36,695 nt of DNA from positions 1 through 36,695 of IMG/VR virus record IMGVR_UViG_3300037043_000064; one strand, given 5' to 3'. This stretch comes from a virus (taxonomy: Duplodnaviria > Caudoviricetes). A model generated the notes under the pieces. That model did no database searches. It saw only the letters and a list, made by a program, of their open reading frames with translations, and was not told where the DNA came from. Positions 8,901 to 17,377 of this stretch are shown here, piece after piece. Positions within the stretch are counted from its first letter, which is position 1. Each line of letters starts with the position of its first letter. The position numbers and the translations under genes are program-made.

Positions 8901-9357
8901 AGCGTGATGATGTCACGCCGTCATCGTCCCTGGAATAGCTGTAGAGCCTGCTATTTCCAGCTGGCGCGATCCACATCGAGACCTCGCCGTAGGGCGGGCC
9001 GGTGGGGCTGCCATCATATATTAGACGAGGGTACGAAGCCCCGGCGTAGGTCGTGCGGAACCAGACCTCAAGCGTCATCGTCTTGGTGGTGGCTAGGCCG
9101 AGGGATGCCCGGTTCACGTAGTCAATCGGCGCGGCCGGATCGAACGCGAGCTGATACGGGTCCGCTGTCGTGCCCGCACCAGCGTAGCCAGAGGCCGTGG
9201 TCCCAGCGAAGTTGGTGAGGGTGCCGTGGTTGTCCTCGCCCGATGTGTCGAAGAACTCCGTCGTCAGCGGGTCATTGATGCCCGGCGACTCACCGAGCTT
9301 GGCGCGGGCGGCGTGGAGTTCAAGGACGGCGCCGGGGACGGTGAAGGGCTGGGTCAT
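5935..9357 (-). CDS. Multidomain tail tip/baseplate hub protein: LamG (ConA-like), FN3, hub, NHL beta-propeller
   Basis: VNDGNWHHGVVT...VAWVDG (LamG); RGVCWNATGSPT...ITGLSPKTTYYVRAYATS (FN3); five 47-aa NHL repeats (GSGDGQFDAPTGVAI...VFVVDRDNARVQEF) plus a partial sixth; position downstream of the tape measure. Confidence 0.8.
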   Translation of the reverse strand: MTQPFTVPGAVLELHAARAKLGESPGINDPLTTEFFDTSGEDNHGTLTNFAGTTASGYAGAGTTADPYQLAFDPAAPIDYVNRASLGLATTKTMTLEVWFRTTYAGASYPRLIYDGSPTGPPYGEVSMWIAPAGNSRLYSYSRDDDGVTSSRSGPSVPVNDGNWHHGVVTLNGVNLVAWVDGVAGGSVGIAPGVITATATRLSSLTYPFPGSIAVARVYPFALTPEQVAQNYAAGTGWLEVTTAAVTGATTTAAASGGTVLPGGETATARGVCWNATGSPTTADDKTTDGSGAGAYTSTITGLSPKTTYYVRAYATSAAGTVYGSEVTFTTRTFEKTERRHKQQRPSLLLGSDTLGWRDLGPVAAIGEMTRAMPGGDGSLEFELSARDASAARNQLRPGARVRLMVGGEGAYGGRVLSDPIRHSRSGPSDSLSIGVGGVHAWAARREDFCHVWQDADYDQWQPTVQDSQQWASDTEGRLYIGVEDGDTLAAGSFSLAYWVSAGFGEGDIDHLTFAADIKLPATLTAKVQAGTTPWGSFADTDWTKTNATTTLSGQRVPASGSFPPGTRCVRLRLTCSTKTTYTAAQHCILTDVVAHGGGNSVAFGEYGSEPGQMKVPLGLGLAPSGDVYVADSANHRVQQFTAAGAFVRAFGSNGSGDGELNYPSDVAVAASGTVYVVDQDNNRVQYFTAEGAYLGKWGSAGTGNGQFSVADSVAVAPGGAVYVTDSDLDRVQYFTATGTYSGQWGTSGSGNGEFSYPRGVAVAASGAVYVADQDNNRVQYFAADGTFTDKWGSSGSGDGQFDAPTGVAIGSGGTVFVVDRDNARVQEFEADGTYVREWNVGAGPMGAAANEYVYVSRSGYRLARVDRLITATADASVSDALAEVATRPGLAGRAEVATIGSALGHLVVRPDWPKTAADGLREVAGYHDEEVEYEFRLGADGVDVFYAQELPAAVDPTRNTHWSYGGRAGEDESGLERDTEVAPDYIRLLFLSSGISGIPNGTPVSVWHPEPPAEWDARVSVEDAYGDVVMTEAEAAALAARLWTRRQAQQWTGTVPLTATATTTAGVVRHSYHVRPGDRLSVPSLDGATDLYVVETTYNWTSHTGSATVGWPWDVSDVLRMRRVATTADRRKNKRPYRK

Positions 9358-9449
9358 GGCTCAATCTCCAGCGAGCCGTCGCCGATGACGGGGCCGAGGT
9401 CGGTCCAGCCGAGGGTGTCGGAGCCGAGGAGGAGGGAGGGGCGGGTCAT
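9354..9449 (-). CDS. 31-aa mini-ORF, relic duplicate of an internal segment of the tail tip gene
   Basis: MTRPSLLLGSDTLGWTDLGPVIGDGSLEIEP; ATGA overlaps at both ends; 9366-9443 matches 8215-8325 with two in-frame deletions. Confidence 0.65.
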   Translation of the reverse strand: MTRPSLLLGSDTLGWTDLGPVIGDGSLEIEP

Positions 9450-11032
9450 GTGATGGCGCCTCGGATGTAGACGCGGCCGTGGGCGACGACGGACTCCTTG
9501 CCCTCGGAGTCAAGGACGCGGAGCTGCGAGCGGTACCAGCCGGGGGCGAGTGGCGCGGTATCGGTGCCGTCGATGGAAACGGTGAGGACTCCGCTCGCAG
9601 GGTCGCTCAACTCGATGCCGCCGCCAGCGGTTGTGTACTCAATGAGGCTTGCGCCCGAAGTCGCCGCCAGGCGCCACGAGACCGAACACCCAGAGATGTC
9701 GTTACCGACCGTGAACCGGGCGTCGATGTCCTCACCGGCCGTGACGCTCAGGTCGTGCGTCGCAGGTGGCGCCCCCAAGGTGAAGCTGCGGTCGTTGAGG
9801 CTGATGCCCGTCATCACGCCAGCGAACGGCGCCCACTCGTCCAGCGACATGATGGGCGTCCCCTCGGCCTCAATGTAGGCGACGAGGTCCTGGAAGTTCT
9901 GCCATCCCCACTGCTGCCCAGAGGGTGATACGGCCAGCGATTCCAGGGCGTAGATAATGCTGCGCCCCGCGGCGCGGCAGGCGTCGTGGTAGTCCTTCGC
10001 CTGCTGGAGGGTGATGCCGGAGTTGACGGTCAGCGGGGTTTGCGCGACGCCGAGCGCCATGTCGCGCGTGAGCGGGGTCGAGACGCCGACTTGCAGCGGC
10101 GACGCGGAGTACGAGCGGTCGCAGAGGGCGATCCCCGCCCGCTCCATCTCCATCTGAATGAACGGCGTCATGCGAACCGGCGCCACAGTCCAGAAGCGCG
10201 GCCTGCTGATGCCGTGGCTCGCGTACCAACCAACCGCGTAGTGCAGGCAAAGCCTGAGTACGTCGCGGTCGCAGGCGTCGAGGCCGGTGGCGTGTGGGAT
10301 GCCGACGCCCGAGTACCCGGCCGAAAGGTGACCGATAGCAGTCCAGCCGAGGGCGTCCAACTCGTGATGATCATCGAGGGTCGGCTTGTTCTCGATGCCG
10401 ATGTCCTCAATCGAGATGTCACGCGACGCCCTGACGCCGAGGCCCGTCAGGAAGGGTACGGCGTTGTCCATGATGCTGTGATACCAGTTCCCGAACCAGA
10501 AGAGGGCGGCCGGGGCCGTAACGACGCCGGAGGCCATGCCGAGGAACGCCACCTGGGGCATGAGGCCGTAAAACGTCGGCTTCAGGCCGAAGCGCATACG
10601 CACCATCGTGTTCGACCACGACTCGCCGTTATTGTTCGTCCACTCGCTCGGCCCGATGAGCAATCGCTGCTGCCCGCGCATGATGGTCGGTGACGTGTAG
10701 ACCATCGATTTGCTGAAGTCGGTTTCAGAGGAGAACTCGACGACCAATTGGAGCGCCGACGAGAGGGTGTTCCGCATCGTCATCCACTCAACGGCAAGGT
10801 CAAGCGACAGCGCCTTCGTGGCGAGCGCCGAGATATCGAGGGAGATGGTGCGCTGGAGGTAGCCGGTGGTGATCGTCGTGGCCTGTAGGAGCTGAGCACG
10901 AACGCGCGTCTCCCCGTCGGTAGTGTAGTAGGACGCCAACGTGCCGAGCATCGAGTCCTTCGTCCACTCGGTGCGGTCGACGAGCAGGGCGTCGTGTGAT
11001 GTGCCCGCATCAATCACGCAGGGAGCTGCCAT
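9446..11032 (-). CDS. Minor tail protein with degenerate polysaccharide deacetylase (NodB-like) domain and C-terminal BppU/Ig-like domain
   Basis: NAVPFLTGLGVRAS...ELDALGWTAIGH...FQDLVAYIEAEGTPIM resembles NodB; DISGCSVSWRL...SGVLTVSIDGTDTAPL...YRSQLRV resembles BppU-N. Confidence 0.55.
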   Translation of the reverse strand: MAAPCVIDAGTSHDALLVDRTEWTKDSMLGTLASYYTTDGETRVRAQLLQATTITTGYLQRTISLDISALATKALSLDLAVEWMTMRNTLSSALQLVVEFSSETDFSKSMVYTSPTIMRGQQRLLIGPSEWTNNNGESWSNTMVRMRFGLKPTFYGLMPQVAFLGMASGVVTAPAALFWFGNWYHSIMDNAVPFLTGLGVRASRDISIEDIGIENKPTLDDHHELDALGWTAIGHLSAGYSGVGIPHATGLDACDRDVLRLCLHYAVGWYASHGISRPRFWTVAPVRMTPFIQMEMERAGIALCDRSYSASPLQVGVSTPLTRDMALGVAQTPLTVNSGITLQQAKDYHDACRAAGRSIIYALESLAVSPSGQQWGWQNFQDLVAYIEAEGTPIMSLDEWAPFAGVMTGISLNDRSFTLGAPPATHDLSVTAGEDIDARFTVGNDISGCSVSWRLAATSGASLIEYTTAGGGIELSDPASGVLTVSIDGTDTAPLAPGWYRSQLRVLDSEGKESVVAHGRVYIRGAIT

Positions 11033-11046
11033 GTCTTACGCCTCCT

Positions 11047-12279
11047 TCACAGCGCCGGGAACTGCTCCCACCGCGGTTCGTCTGTCACGGTCATATCCGC
11101 CGCCGTCGTCGCCGCGGGCGTCGCCAACTCGGCCACGGCCACCAGGCAGCCGCCCTTGCCAACGATGCGCCTGCCGCCGAACGCCTCACCCAGCGCGCCC
11201 ACGTCGTCGGCGTAGAGCATGTCGCTGGACCAGCGCAGGGCGTGGGCGTGGCCGGTGGCAGCCTGCCAGCCGATGAGGCCGCCGAAGCTGGCGGGGACGA
11301 GGTAGAAGGCGTTCGCGCAGGCGTAGTAGGTGTCGTCGCCGCGTAGGTACACGGTGAGCGTCGCCGCCCCGGCCCCGCGCACGGCGGCGGTGGGGAGGGT
11401 GACGGTGCCCAAGGGGTAGAGGGCGAGGGTCGTGCCGGTGAGGCGGACCGCCGCGCCGTACTGCTGCCGCGCGTAGACGACGCCCGCGGCGTTGCTCGAC
11501 TTGCCCCGGCAGAGGACGAGGTACTCGCCCGGCTCGTAGTCGGTCACGTCGATGGCGGCGGAGACGCCCGCGGATGCGTCGGCGCGCCAGATCGTGTTGC
11601 CGACCCCGTCGGGGTAGCCCGCCGCGTCGGTGGTGGCCGCGCCGCCGGACCAGGAGAGGGCCGTGGCGAGGTGGACGAAGTCGCCGGTCGCGGCGCCCGC
11701 GTCCGGGTAGCGGCCGGCGAAGAACTGCGTGGCCTCGCCCGCGCCGAAGTCGGCGAGGATGTCGAGCGGGGCGGGGTGGTCGCCGGTCTGGGCCGAGAGG
11801 TCGATGACGGCGGGGAGGTCGTAGGCGGATGCGTCGGCGAGGGTCTCGGTGGGGCCGTAGACGTAGGGGTCGCGCTTGACGGTCACCTCCACCCGCGTGC
11901 GCTCCCCCCGGGCGAGCATCGAGCGCCACGGCTCGTCTGTGGGGATCTCGATGCAGCTTCCGAGGACCGAGACCAGCGTGCCCGTGTAGGCGCTGCCGCG
12001 CAGGCCGATCGTGATGGAAGCGCGTTCCCGCACCGATGCCGAGATCTGCGAGACCGTGGCAACGATCGAGTCGGGGTCGGAGCCGAAGACGTCGATGACG
12101 AAGCGGCTCTCGACGAGGCCGCTCATGTCGACGGCGCCAAGGCGGGCGATGTCGAACCCGGGGCCGCCGTACTCGGCCGCCTCACGCTTGGGGATGCCGA
12201 GCTCCATCTCGACGAGGCGGGTGGTCACGCCGTCGTTCCAGTCGAGGCCGTCGCAGACGATGATGGTGCGGTCGTTCAT
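11047..12279 (-). CDS. Distal tail (Dit-like) / minor tail protein
   Basis: Immediately after the tape measure gene with ATGA overlap; VEVTVKRDPYVYG and GDHPAP motifs. Confidence 0.65.
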   Translation of the reverse strand: MNDRTIIVCDGLDWNDGVTTRLVEMELGIPKREAAEYGGPGFDIARLGAVDMSGLVESRFVIDVFGSDPDSIVATVSQISASVRERASITIGLRGSAYTGTLVSVLGSCIEIPTDEPWRSMLARGERTRVEVTVKRDPYVYGPTETLADASAYDLPAVIDLSAQTGDHPAPLDILADFGAGEATQFFAGRYPDAGAATGDFVHLATALSWSGGAATTDAAGYPDGVGNTIWRADASAGVSAAIDVTDYEPGEYLVLCRGKSSNAAGVVYARQQYGAAVRLTGTTLALYPLGTVTLPTAAVRGAGAATLTVYLRGDDTYYACANAFYLVPASFGGLIGWQAATGHAHALRWSSDMLYADDVGALGEAFGGRRIVGKGGCLVAVAELATPAATTAADMTVTDEPRWEQFPAL

Positions 12280-14210
12280 GTGGGTGCCAGTCCTAGTGTG
12301 CGGGCGCGGGTGCGGGCGCGGCGGGCTTGCCGGACCTCGACGCGGGCGGCGACGGGTTCGGAGTCGAGGTAGACGGCGACGTAGGTCGGAGCGAGCGAGT
12401 AGCCCGCCGGGCCGGACAGGTCGACCTGCTGCGACCCGGCGACCTGGAAGCGGCCGGTCACCAGGCCGAGCTGCCGGTCGAGAGCGCCCATCTGGTCGTC
12501 GATGCCCTGGATGAGCCCGCCGATGATGGCCTGGCCGGCGGGGCGCAGGAGCTTGCGGTCGTAGTCGAGCGGGCCCTTGAGATCCTTGATCCGCCCACCG
12601 ATGTCCTTCACCTTGCTGTAGAGCTCACCGAGCTTGCCGGTGATCCCGTTGATCAGTCCCTGGATGAGCTGCCGGCCTGCCTCGAGAAGCAGCGAGCCGA
12701 GGTTCCCGAGGGCGCTCTTCACCTTGCCCGGCAGCTCGCGCACGAAGCTGACCACGCGCGAGACACCGCTCTTGACGACGCCGACGATGGCGTTCCAGGC
12801 CGCGCTGGCCGCAGCCTTGATCACCGTCCAGGCCGCCTTCAGGATGGCGACGAGCAGCTTGCCGAGGCCCTTGACGATGGCGACGATGATCTGCCCGGCG
12901 CCTTTGAGTATCTGCTTGACGCCGTTCCAGGCCGCCCGCCAGTCGCCGCGGATGAGCGCCATGACGACGCGCACGACTCCGGCGATGATGTTGAGGGCAC
13001 CTTTGACGATGCCGATGACGACGGTGAACACCCCGCGCAGGACGGACGTGATGACGCCGAGGATCTGCTTGATCGTCCCGCTGTGCCGCCGAATGAAGGC
13101 GACGATGTGAGCGAACGTCTTGCCGACCTCTTGGGCCACCGGACGGAACGTCTCGATGAGGTACTCGGCGCCGGCGACGATCATGTCGAACGCGGTGCCG
13201 GCGACGGCGGAGATCATCGGCCAGGCGTCGCGCAGCCAGGCAAGTCCCTGGCCGATGAGCGGGAGCACGGTGGCGAGGACGCCGAAGCCGGTCTGCGCGA
13301 GGGTGATGACGATCGGGGTCAGCGTCTTGACGGCCGACTTGATCCCCTCGAAGATGCTCGCCGCCTGGTCGCCCTTGAGCCAGTCCTGCAGGGCTGCGCC
13401 CATGCGCTCGAACACCGGCCCGACCATCTCGCCGAGCGCGTCGAGCCCCTCGGTGATCTTGTTGAACAGCGGGCCGATGAGGGGGAAGATGCCGGTGAGC
13501 AGCGAGGCGCCGAAGCGGGAGAGCGCGGCGCCCACGTTCTTGAAGGCGCCGACCGTGGTGTTGCCGCTCTTTAGAGCAGCGCCGCCGAGGCCCTGCTCCA
13601 TCGCCGCCGAGAACTCCTTGAAGCCGATCTGCCCCTTCGAGGACATCTCGAGGACCTCGTCGGTGGTCTTGCCGAGGCTCTTGGCGAGCAGCTGCACGAT
13701 CGGGATGCCCCGCTCGTTCATCTGCTGGATGACCTCGCCCTGCACCTTGTTGGAGGCGGCGACCTTGTTGAAGATGGTGCCCATCTCGCCCATCGTCGTG
13801 CCGCCGATCGTCGCCGCGTCGGCGACCAGCTTCAGGGTGCTCTCGAGCTGCTGCCCAGGCTTGATTCCGGCGGCGACCGCGGAGGCGGCCACGTTGGCGG
13901 CCTCGTCGAGGCCGAAGGCGGTGCCCTTCACCGAGGCGAGGGCGTTGTCCATGATGCCCTTGACCGTGGTCGCGCTGTGCCCGAGGCCCTCGAGCTTGGC
14001 AGTCGCGTTCTCGATTGAGGTCAGGCGCTGGAAGCCCTTGACCACGGCGGTGCCGACGATGCCGGCGACGGCGATGCCGGCACCGAGCGCCGCCTTCTTC
14101 ACGAAGCCGCCGAACTTGGAGAAGCGGCCCTCTGACTTGCCCAGCTTGGAGTTGAACTGCTTATCGTCGACGTCGAGGTAGGCGACGAGCTCGCCGACGG
14201 TCATGGCCAT
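12276..14210 (-). CDS. Tape measure protein
   Basis: MAMTVGELVAYL start; SVKGTAFGLDEAA...ERGIPI TMP_3-like motif; Trp/Phe-periodic Ala/Gly/Ile-rich helices (GDWRAAWNGVKQI). Confidence 0.93.
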   Translation of the reverse strand: MAMTVGELVAYLDVDDKQFNSKLGKSEGRFSKFGGFVKKAALGAGIAVAGIVGTAVVKGFQRLTSIENATAKLEGLGHSATTVKGIMDNALASVKGTAFGLDEAANVAASAVAAGIKPGQQLESTLKLVADAATIGGTTMGEMGTIFNKVAASNKVQGEVIQQMNERGIPIVQLLAKSLGKTTDEVLEMSSKGQIGFKEFSAAMEQGLGGAALKSGNTTVGAFKNVGAALSRFGASLLTGIFPLIGPLFNKITEGLDALGEMVGPVFERMGAALQDWLKGDQAASIFEGIKSAVKTLTPIVITLAQTGFGVLATVLPLIGQGLAWLRDAWPMISAVAGTAFDMIVAGAEYLIETFRPVAQEVGKTFAHIVAFIRRHSGTIKQILGVITSVLRGVFTVVIGIVKGALNIIAGVVRVVMALIRGDWRAAWNGVKQILKGAGQIIVAIVKGLGKLLVAILKAAWTVIKAAASAAWNAIVGVVKSGVSRVVSFVRELPGKVKSALGNLGSLLLEAGRQLIQGLINGITGKLGELYSKVKDIGGRIKDLKGPLDYDRKLLRPAGQAIIGGLIQGIDDQMGALDRQLGLVTGRFQVAGSQQVDLSGPAGYSLAPTYVAVYLDSEPVAARVEVRQARRARTRARTLGLAPT

Positions 14211-14214
14211 AGCG

Positions 14215-14532
14215 TCATCCCTCCTCGTCCTTCGGTGGGAACATGGCGTAGCGCAGGCGGCTCTTCACCGGGAACAGGCCGAGGATGCGCACGCGCAGCC
14301 AACGGCCGGTCCTTGCGTCGAGCAACCCCGGGGCCTCGCAGTCGATGTGATATCGCTCCTGCATATCGGCCTCGATCAGCTCCCAGTGGTAGAGGATCTC
14401 TTGCCAGGACGCGCTTTCGCCGGGCCGGCCGACTGACGGGGAGTCGATGCAGCGCGGGAGCCCCGTGACCGGGTGGACGTCGCCGGCGTCTTCGCTCGGC
14501 GGGTCTCCCGGTTCGGGGCCTGCGCTTCCCCC
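14215..14532 (-). CDS. Tail assembly chaperone frameshift extension (GT-like, -1 frame)
   Basis: The -1 frame is open from G GGG GAA (14532-14526) to TGA at 14215; encodes WQEILYHWELIEADMQERYHID...WLRVRILGL. Confidence 0.75.
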   Translation of the reverse strand, partial: GGSAGPEPGDPPSEDAGDVHPVTGLPRCIDSPSVGRPGESASWQEILYHWELIEADMQERYHIDCEAPGLLDARTGRWLRVRILGLFPVKSRLRYAMFPPKDEEG

Positions 14533-14891
14533 TGGGCGTTCCAGACGTTCTCGGCCGTCTCGCGGTCGACCAGGTGGAAGGCGATGAGGGTGACGAGGAC
14601 CGCCTTCAGGTGGGCGCTCGTGAGCCCGTCGTCGAGCATATCCTGCAGGGCGTCCCCACAGAGCTCAACCATGAGCTCTTCCTGGTCGACGTCGGAGAGC
14701 GCCTCGCTGTCGGCGTCGAACTCCTCGCCGGCGGACTTGGCCGCCATCGCCTGGTTGATCTCGGGGCCGAGCCGCTGCACCTTCAGCCAGGTGCGCGCGC
14801 TGATCTCCCCGGGGAAGGCGTAGTCCCGCCCCCGGATGGGTAGCACGAACGGCTCGACGACGAGGAAGTCGTCAAGGTCACGAAGGGCCAT
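14376..14891 (-). CDS. Tail assembly chaperone (G-like)
   Basis: Between tail tube and tape measure genes; acidic body with a basic tail PNRETRRAK after the slippery site. Confidence 0.8.
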   Translation of the reverse strand: MALRDLDDFLVVEPFVLPIRGRDYAFPGEISARTWLKVQRLGPEINQAMAAKSAGEEFDADSEALSDVDQEELMVELCGDALQDMLDDGLTSAHLKAVLVTLIAFHLVDRETAENVWNAQGEAQAPNRETRRAKTPATSTRSRGSRAASTPRQSAGPAKARPGKRSSTTGS

Positions 14892-14903
14892 GATCACCTC
14901 CCG

Positions 14904-15659
14904 CTAGGCGACGGTGTAGGTGAAGGTGGCCGTGCTGGTGCTTGGTCCGGTGGCGTTGGTGACGACGACGTTCACTGCGCCCGCGGCACGGGCCGGGGCG
15001 ACGGCGACGATGAGGTGGTCAGAGAGCACGATGAAGTCGGCGCCGGATGCGCCGAAGTCGACGTCGGTCGCTCCGGTGAAGTTGCGCCCGGTGATCTTGA
15101 CCAAGGCGCCGCCGGCCTCGACGTCGGTCGCCGGGACGAGGGCGTAGACGACCGGGACGGCGGCGACAGCGTCAGGGTGGGCGATGGCGGAGCGTTCGCC
15201 CTGGCCGGTCAGGGTGACGGTGACCGTGTCGAGCGCATCCATGCTGCCCCCGTCGGGCACCCAGGAGACGGTCGCGTAGCCGCGGTACGCCTCGACCTTC
15301 GGCCCGCTTGAGGTCACTTCGTACCAGCGGATGTCGATGGTGTTGCTCACGCCGAGCAGGTCGGAGGCGGCGCGCAGCACTTCCTGGCCGGGGTCGTAGA
15401 TCGTCGGGGCCCCGTCCTTGACCTTGCGTTCGAGCTTGAGCTCGAGCGCCCAGGCAAGCGCCGACAGGGTCGAGCTCTTCCAGCCGCCCGAATCGAAGTC
15501 GGCGTCTTCCTGCAGGCTGGGCTCCTTCGTCGCCTTGAAGTCGGAAACACCGAAGACGCCGACCCAGGTCGGGTTCGCGTAGGTGTTCGTGTTGACGTCG
15601 ACGTACCACTTGCGGTTGAGCGTGGCCGCGCCGAGCGGCACCTTTGGGGTGGAGGGCAT
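14904..15659 (-). CDS. Major tail (tube) protein paralog with C-terminal IPT/TIG Ig-like domain
   Basis: First ~164 aa closely match the upstream tube gene; C-terminal GGALVKITGRNFTGATDVDFG...GAVNVVVTNATGPS...FTY. Confidence 0.85.
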   Translation of the reverse strand: MPSTPKVPLGAATLNRKWYVDVNTNTYANPTWVGVFGVSDFKATKEPSLQEDADFDSGGWKSSTLSALAWALELKLERKVKDGAPTIYDPGQEVLRAASDLLGVSNTIDIRWYEVTSSGPKVEAYRGYATVSWVPDGGSMDALDTVTVTLTGQGERSAIAHPDAVAAVPVVYALVPATDVEAGGALVKITGRNFTGATDVDFGASGADFIVLSDHLIVAVAPARAAGAVNVVVTNATGPSTSTATFTYTVA

Positions 15660-15672
15660 CTCTCAACCCCCC

Positions 15673-16167
15673 TTACGCGTCGGGATGCGTGATCACGTTG
15701 CGGGCGCCCTGCCCGGTCAGCGTCACGGACACCGTGTCGAGGGCTTCCATGTTGCCGCCGTCGGGGTTCCAGCTGACGGCCGCGTAGCCCTGGTAGGCTT
15801 CGACAGCCGGGCCGGCGTCGGTCACCTCGTACCAGCGGACCTCGACGGTGTTGGTGACGCCCATGTTGTCGGACGCCTCGCGCAGGATCTCCTGACCGGG
15901 GTCGTAGGCGGTCGGGTCGGCGACCGTGACCTTGCGCTCCAGCTTGAGCTCCAGGGACCAGGCGAGGGCACTGACCGTCGAGCTCTTCCAGCCGCCCGAG
16001 TCGAAGTCCGAGTCCTCCTGCAGGCTCGGCTCCTTGCCGGCCTTGAAGTCGCTCACGCCGAAGACACCGACCCAGTCGGGGGCGGCGTGGCTGCCGTCGT
16101 TCACGTCGAGGTACCACTTCCGGTTGAGCGTTGCCGCTCCGAGTGGGACTTTGGTCGTTGAGGCCAT
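15673..16167 (-). CDS. Major tail (tube) protein
   Basis: RKWYLDVN...DFDSGGWKS...DPGQEILR...VSVTLTGQG; position after the tail terminator gene. Confidence 0.85.
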   Translation of the reverse strand: MASTTKVPLGAATLNRKWYLDVNDGSHAAPDWVGVFGVSDFKAGKEPSLQEDSDFDSGGWKSSTVSALAWSLELKLERKVTVADPTAYDPGQEILREASDNMGVTNTVEVRWYEVTDAGPAVEAYQGYAAVSWNPDGGNMEALDTVSVTLTGQGARNVITHPDA

Positions 16168-16264
16168 GCGCCGCTCTCCTATCGGTCCATCGCGCTGCTG
16201 CGCGGGTTGCGTGATGCGTGGCTTGACGAGTCGCTGTGCCGGCCGCCACGGGCCGACCGGGTAC

Positions 16265-16714
16265 TCATGTGCGGTTCGCGCTCGGCCGCCAGACCGAGCA
16301 GTAGAAGTTCTGCACGTTGCTCCAGCGGTTGTTCTGGTCCTGGCCGAGCGTCGCCGCCGACTGGCGCAGGCACTGCGTGATGCGCACGTCCGCCGGCGAG
16401 GTGCCGACGGTGAAGTTCGTCTTGCCGTGGAGCAGGGCGAAGATGGAGTCGGCGAGATCGTCGACCGCCCGCTTGTCCTGACCGCTCCAGCGACAGCGCA
16501 CCTGCACCCCGATGACCGAGTCCGAGAGCGCCGGCGAGTCTTCGACGCCGTAGGCGGTCAGGGTGATGATGCGATCCGGCGACTGCGGCACGTTGCCGAG
16601 GACGATGCCGGTCTGCAGCGCGGTGTAGGCGCCGCTTGAGTTCCAGGTGCCGACGCCACCCGTCTGCAGATAGGCAGCGAGGCCGGTGAGCAGGTCGGTC
16701 TGGAACCCGGACAC
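16265..16714 (-). CDS. Tail terminator (A118 minor capsid 3-like)
   Basis: PQSPDRIITLTAY, VQVRCR, LGQDQNNR motifs; synteny. Confidence 0.75.
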   Translation of the reverse strand: MSGFQTDLLTGLAAYLQTGGVGTWNSSGAYTALQTGIVLGNVPQSPDRIITLTAYGVEDSPALSDSVIGVQVRCRWSGQDKRAVDDLADSIFALLHGKTNFTVGTSPADVRITQCLRQSAATLGQDQNNRWSNVQNFYCSVWRPSANRT

Positions 16715-16715
16715 G

Positions 16716-17069
16716 TCAGCCCCCCAGGCTGGACTTGATTTCACGGGCGATAAGCGTCTCGACGCTCTTCTTCACGCCGCCGTCGTTGATCGGTGTCTCG
16801 AGGTACTTGGCCTGCCGGCCGGCGTCGTGGCGCCAGGTGAGCTCCTCGTGCTGGCGGCAGGCATAGACCGTGTCGTAGCTGACCGCGGCGCGAAGGGCAC
16901 CATCGTCGACGCTGGGGACGCCGGAACGCAGCAGGGTCGCCTCTTCAATGGGTACGAGGCGGTTCGCCTCCTCGAGGACGTGCTCGGCGCCCTTCATGAG
17001 CCCGCGCGCCGCGCCCTTCTTCTTGGCCGCGGTGACCTCCCTGCCGTACCACTTCATGCGCATGGTCAT
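16716..17069 (-). CDS. Tail completion/neck protein (HK97 gp10-like)
   Basis: VPIEEATLLRSG...VSYDTVYACRQHE...AKYLETP. Confidence 0.75.
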   Translation of the reverse strand: MTMRMKWYGREVTAAKKKGAARGLMKGAEHVLEEANRLVPIEEATLLRSGVPSVDDGALRAAVSYDTVYACRQHEELTWRHDAGRQAKYLETPINDGGVKKSVETLIAREIKSSLGG

Positions 17070-17377
17070 GAGCAGGTCACCTCGATGTGACTGGTGCTGC
17101 CGCGCAGCGCCAGCGGGCCCACGGAGATGACCGTGCTCGCCCGTCCGTCGATGGTCAGGCGTGACTCAGGGGTGAATGAAGATGCATCTTCGGGGTGGAC
17201 GATGACGACGGTTTCCGCCATGACCTCGTCGCCGTTTCCGTTGCGCACGAGGCGGTGCCTGCTGTCGACCGCGCAGGGGACGGAGACGGCCGGCGCATAC
17301 ACCGGTCCGTAGGCTCCGTCCCCGGCGTAGGTCTCTACCAGGGCGACGCTCTTGAGCAGCGAGCGGCGGACCTTCAC
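17066..17377 (-). CDS. Head-tail stopper/closure protein
   Basis: YAGDGAYGPVY...RLVRNGNGDEV...PESRLT; synteny; GTGA/ATGA coupling. Confidence 0.75.
   Translation of the reverse strand: MKVRRSLLKSVALVETYAGDGAYGPVYAPAVSVPCAVDSRHRLVRNGNGDEVMAETVVIVHPEDASSFTPESRLTIDGRASTVISVGPLALRGSTSHIEVTCS

Noticed and set aside
8215-9443. DGR template/variable repeat pair
   Set aside because: The differences are deletions and a 2-nt change rather than adenine-specific substitutions, and there is no reverse transcriptase gene.
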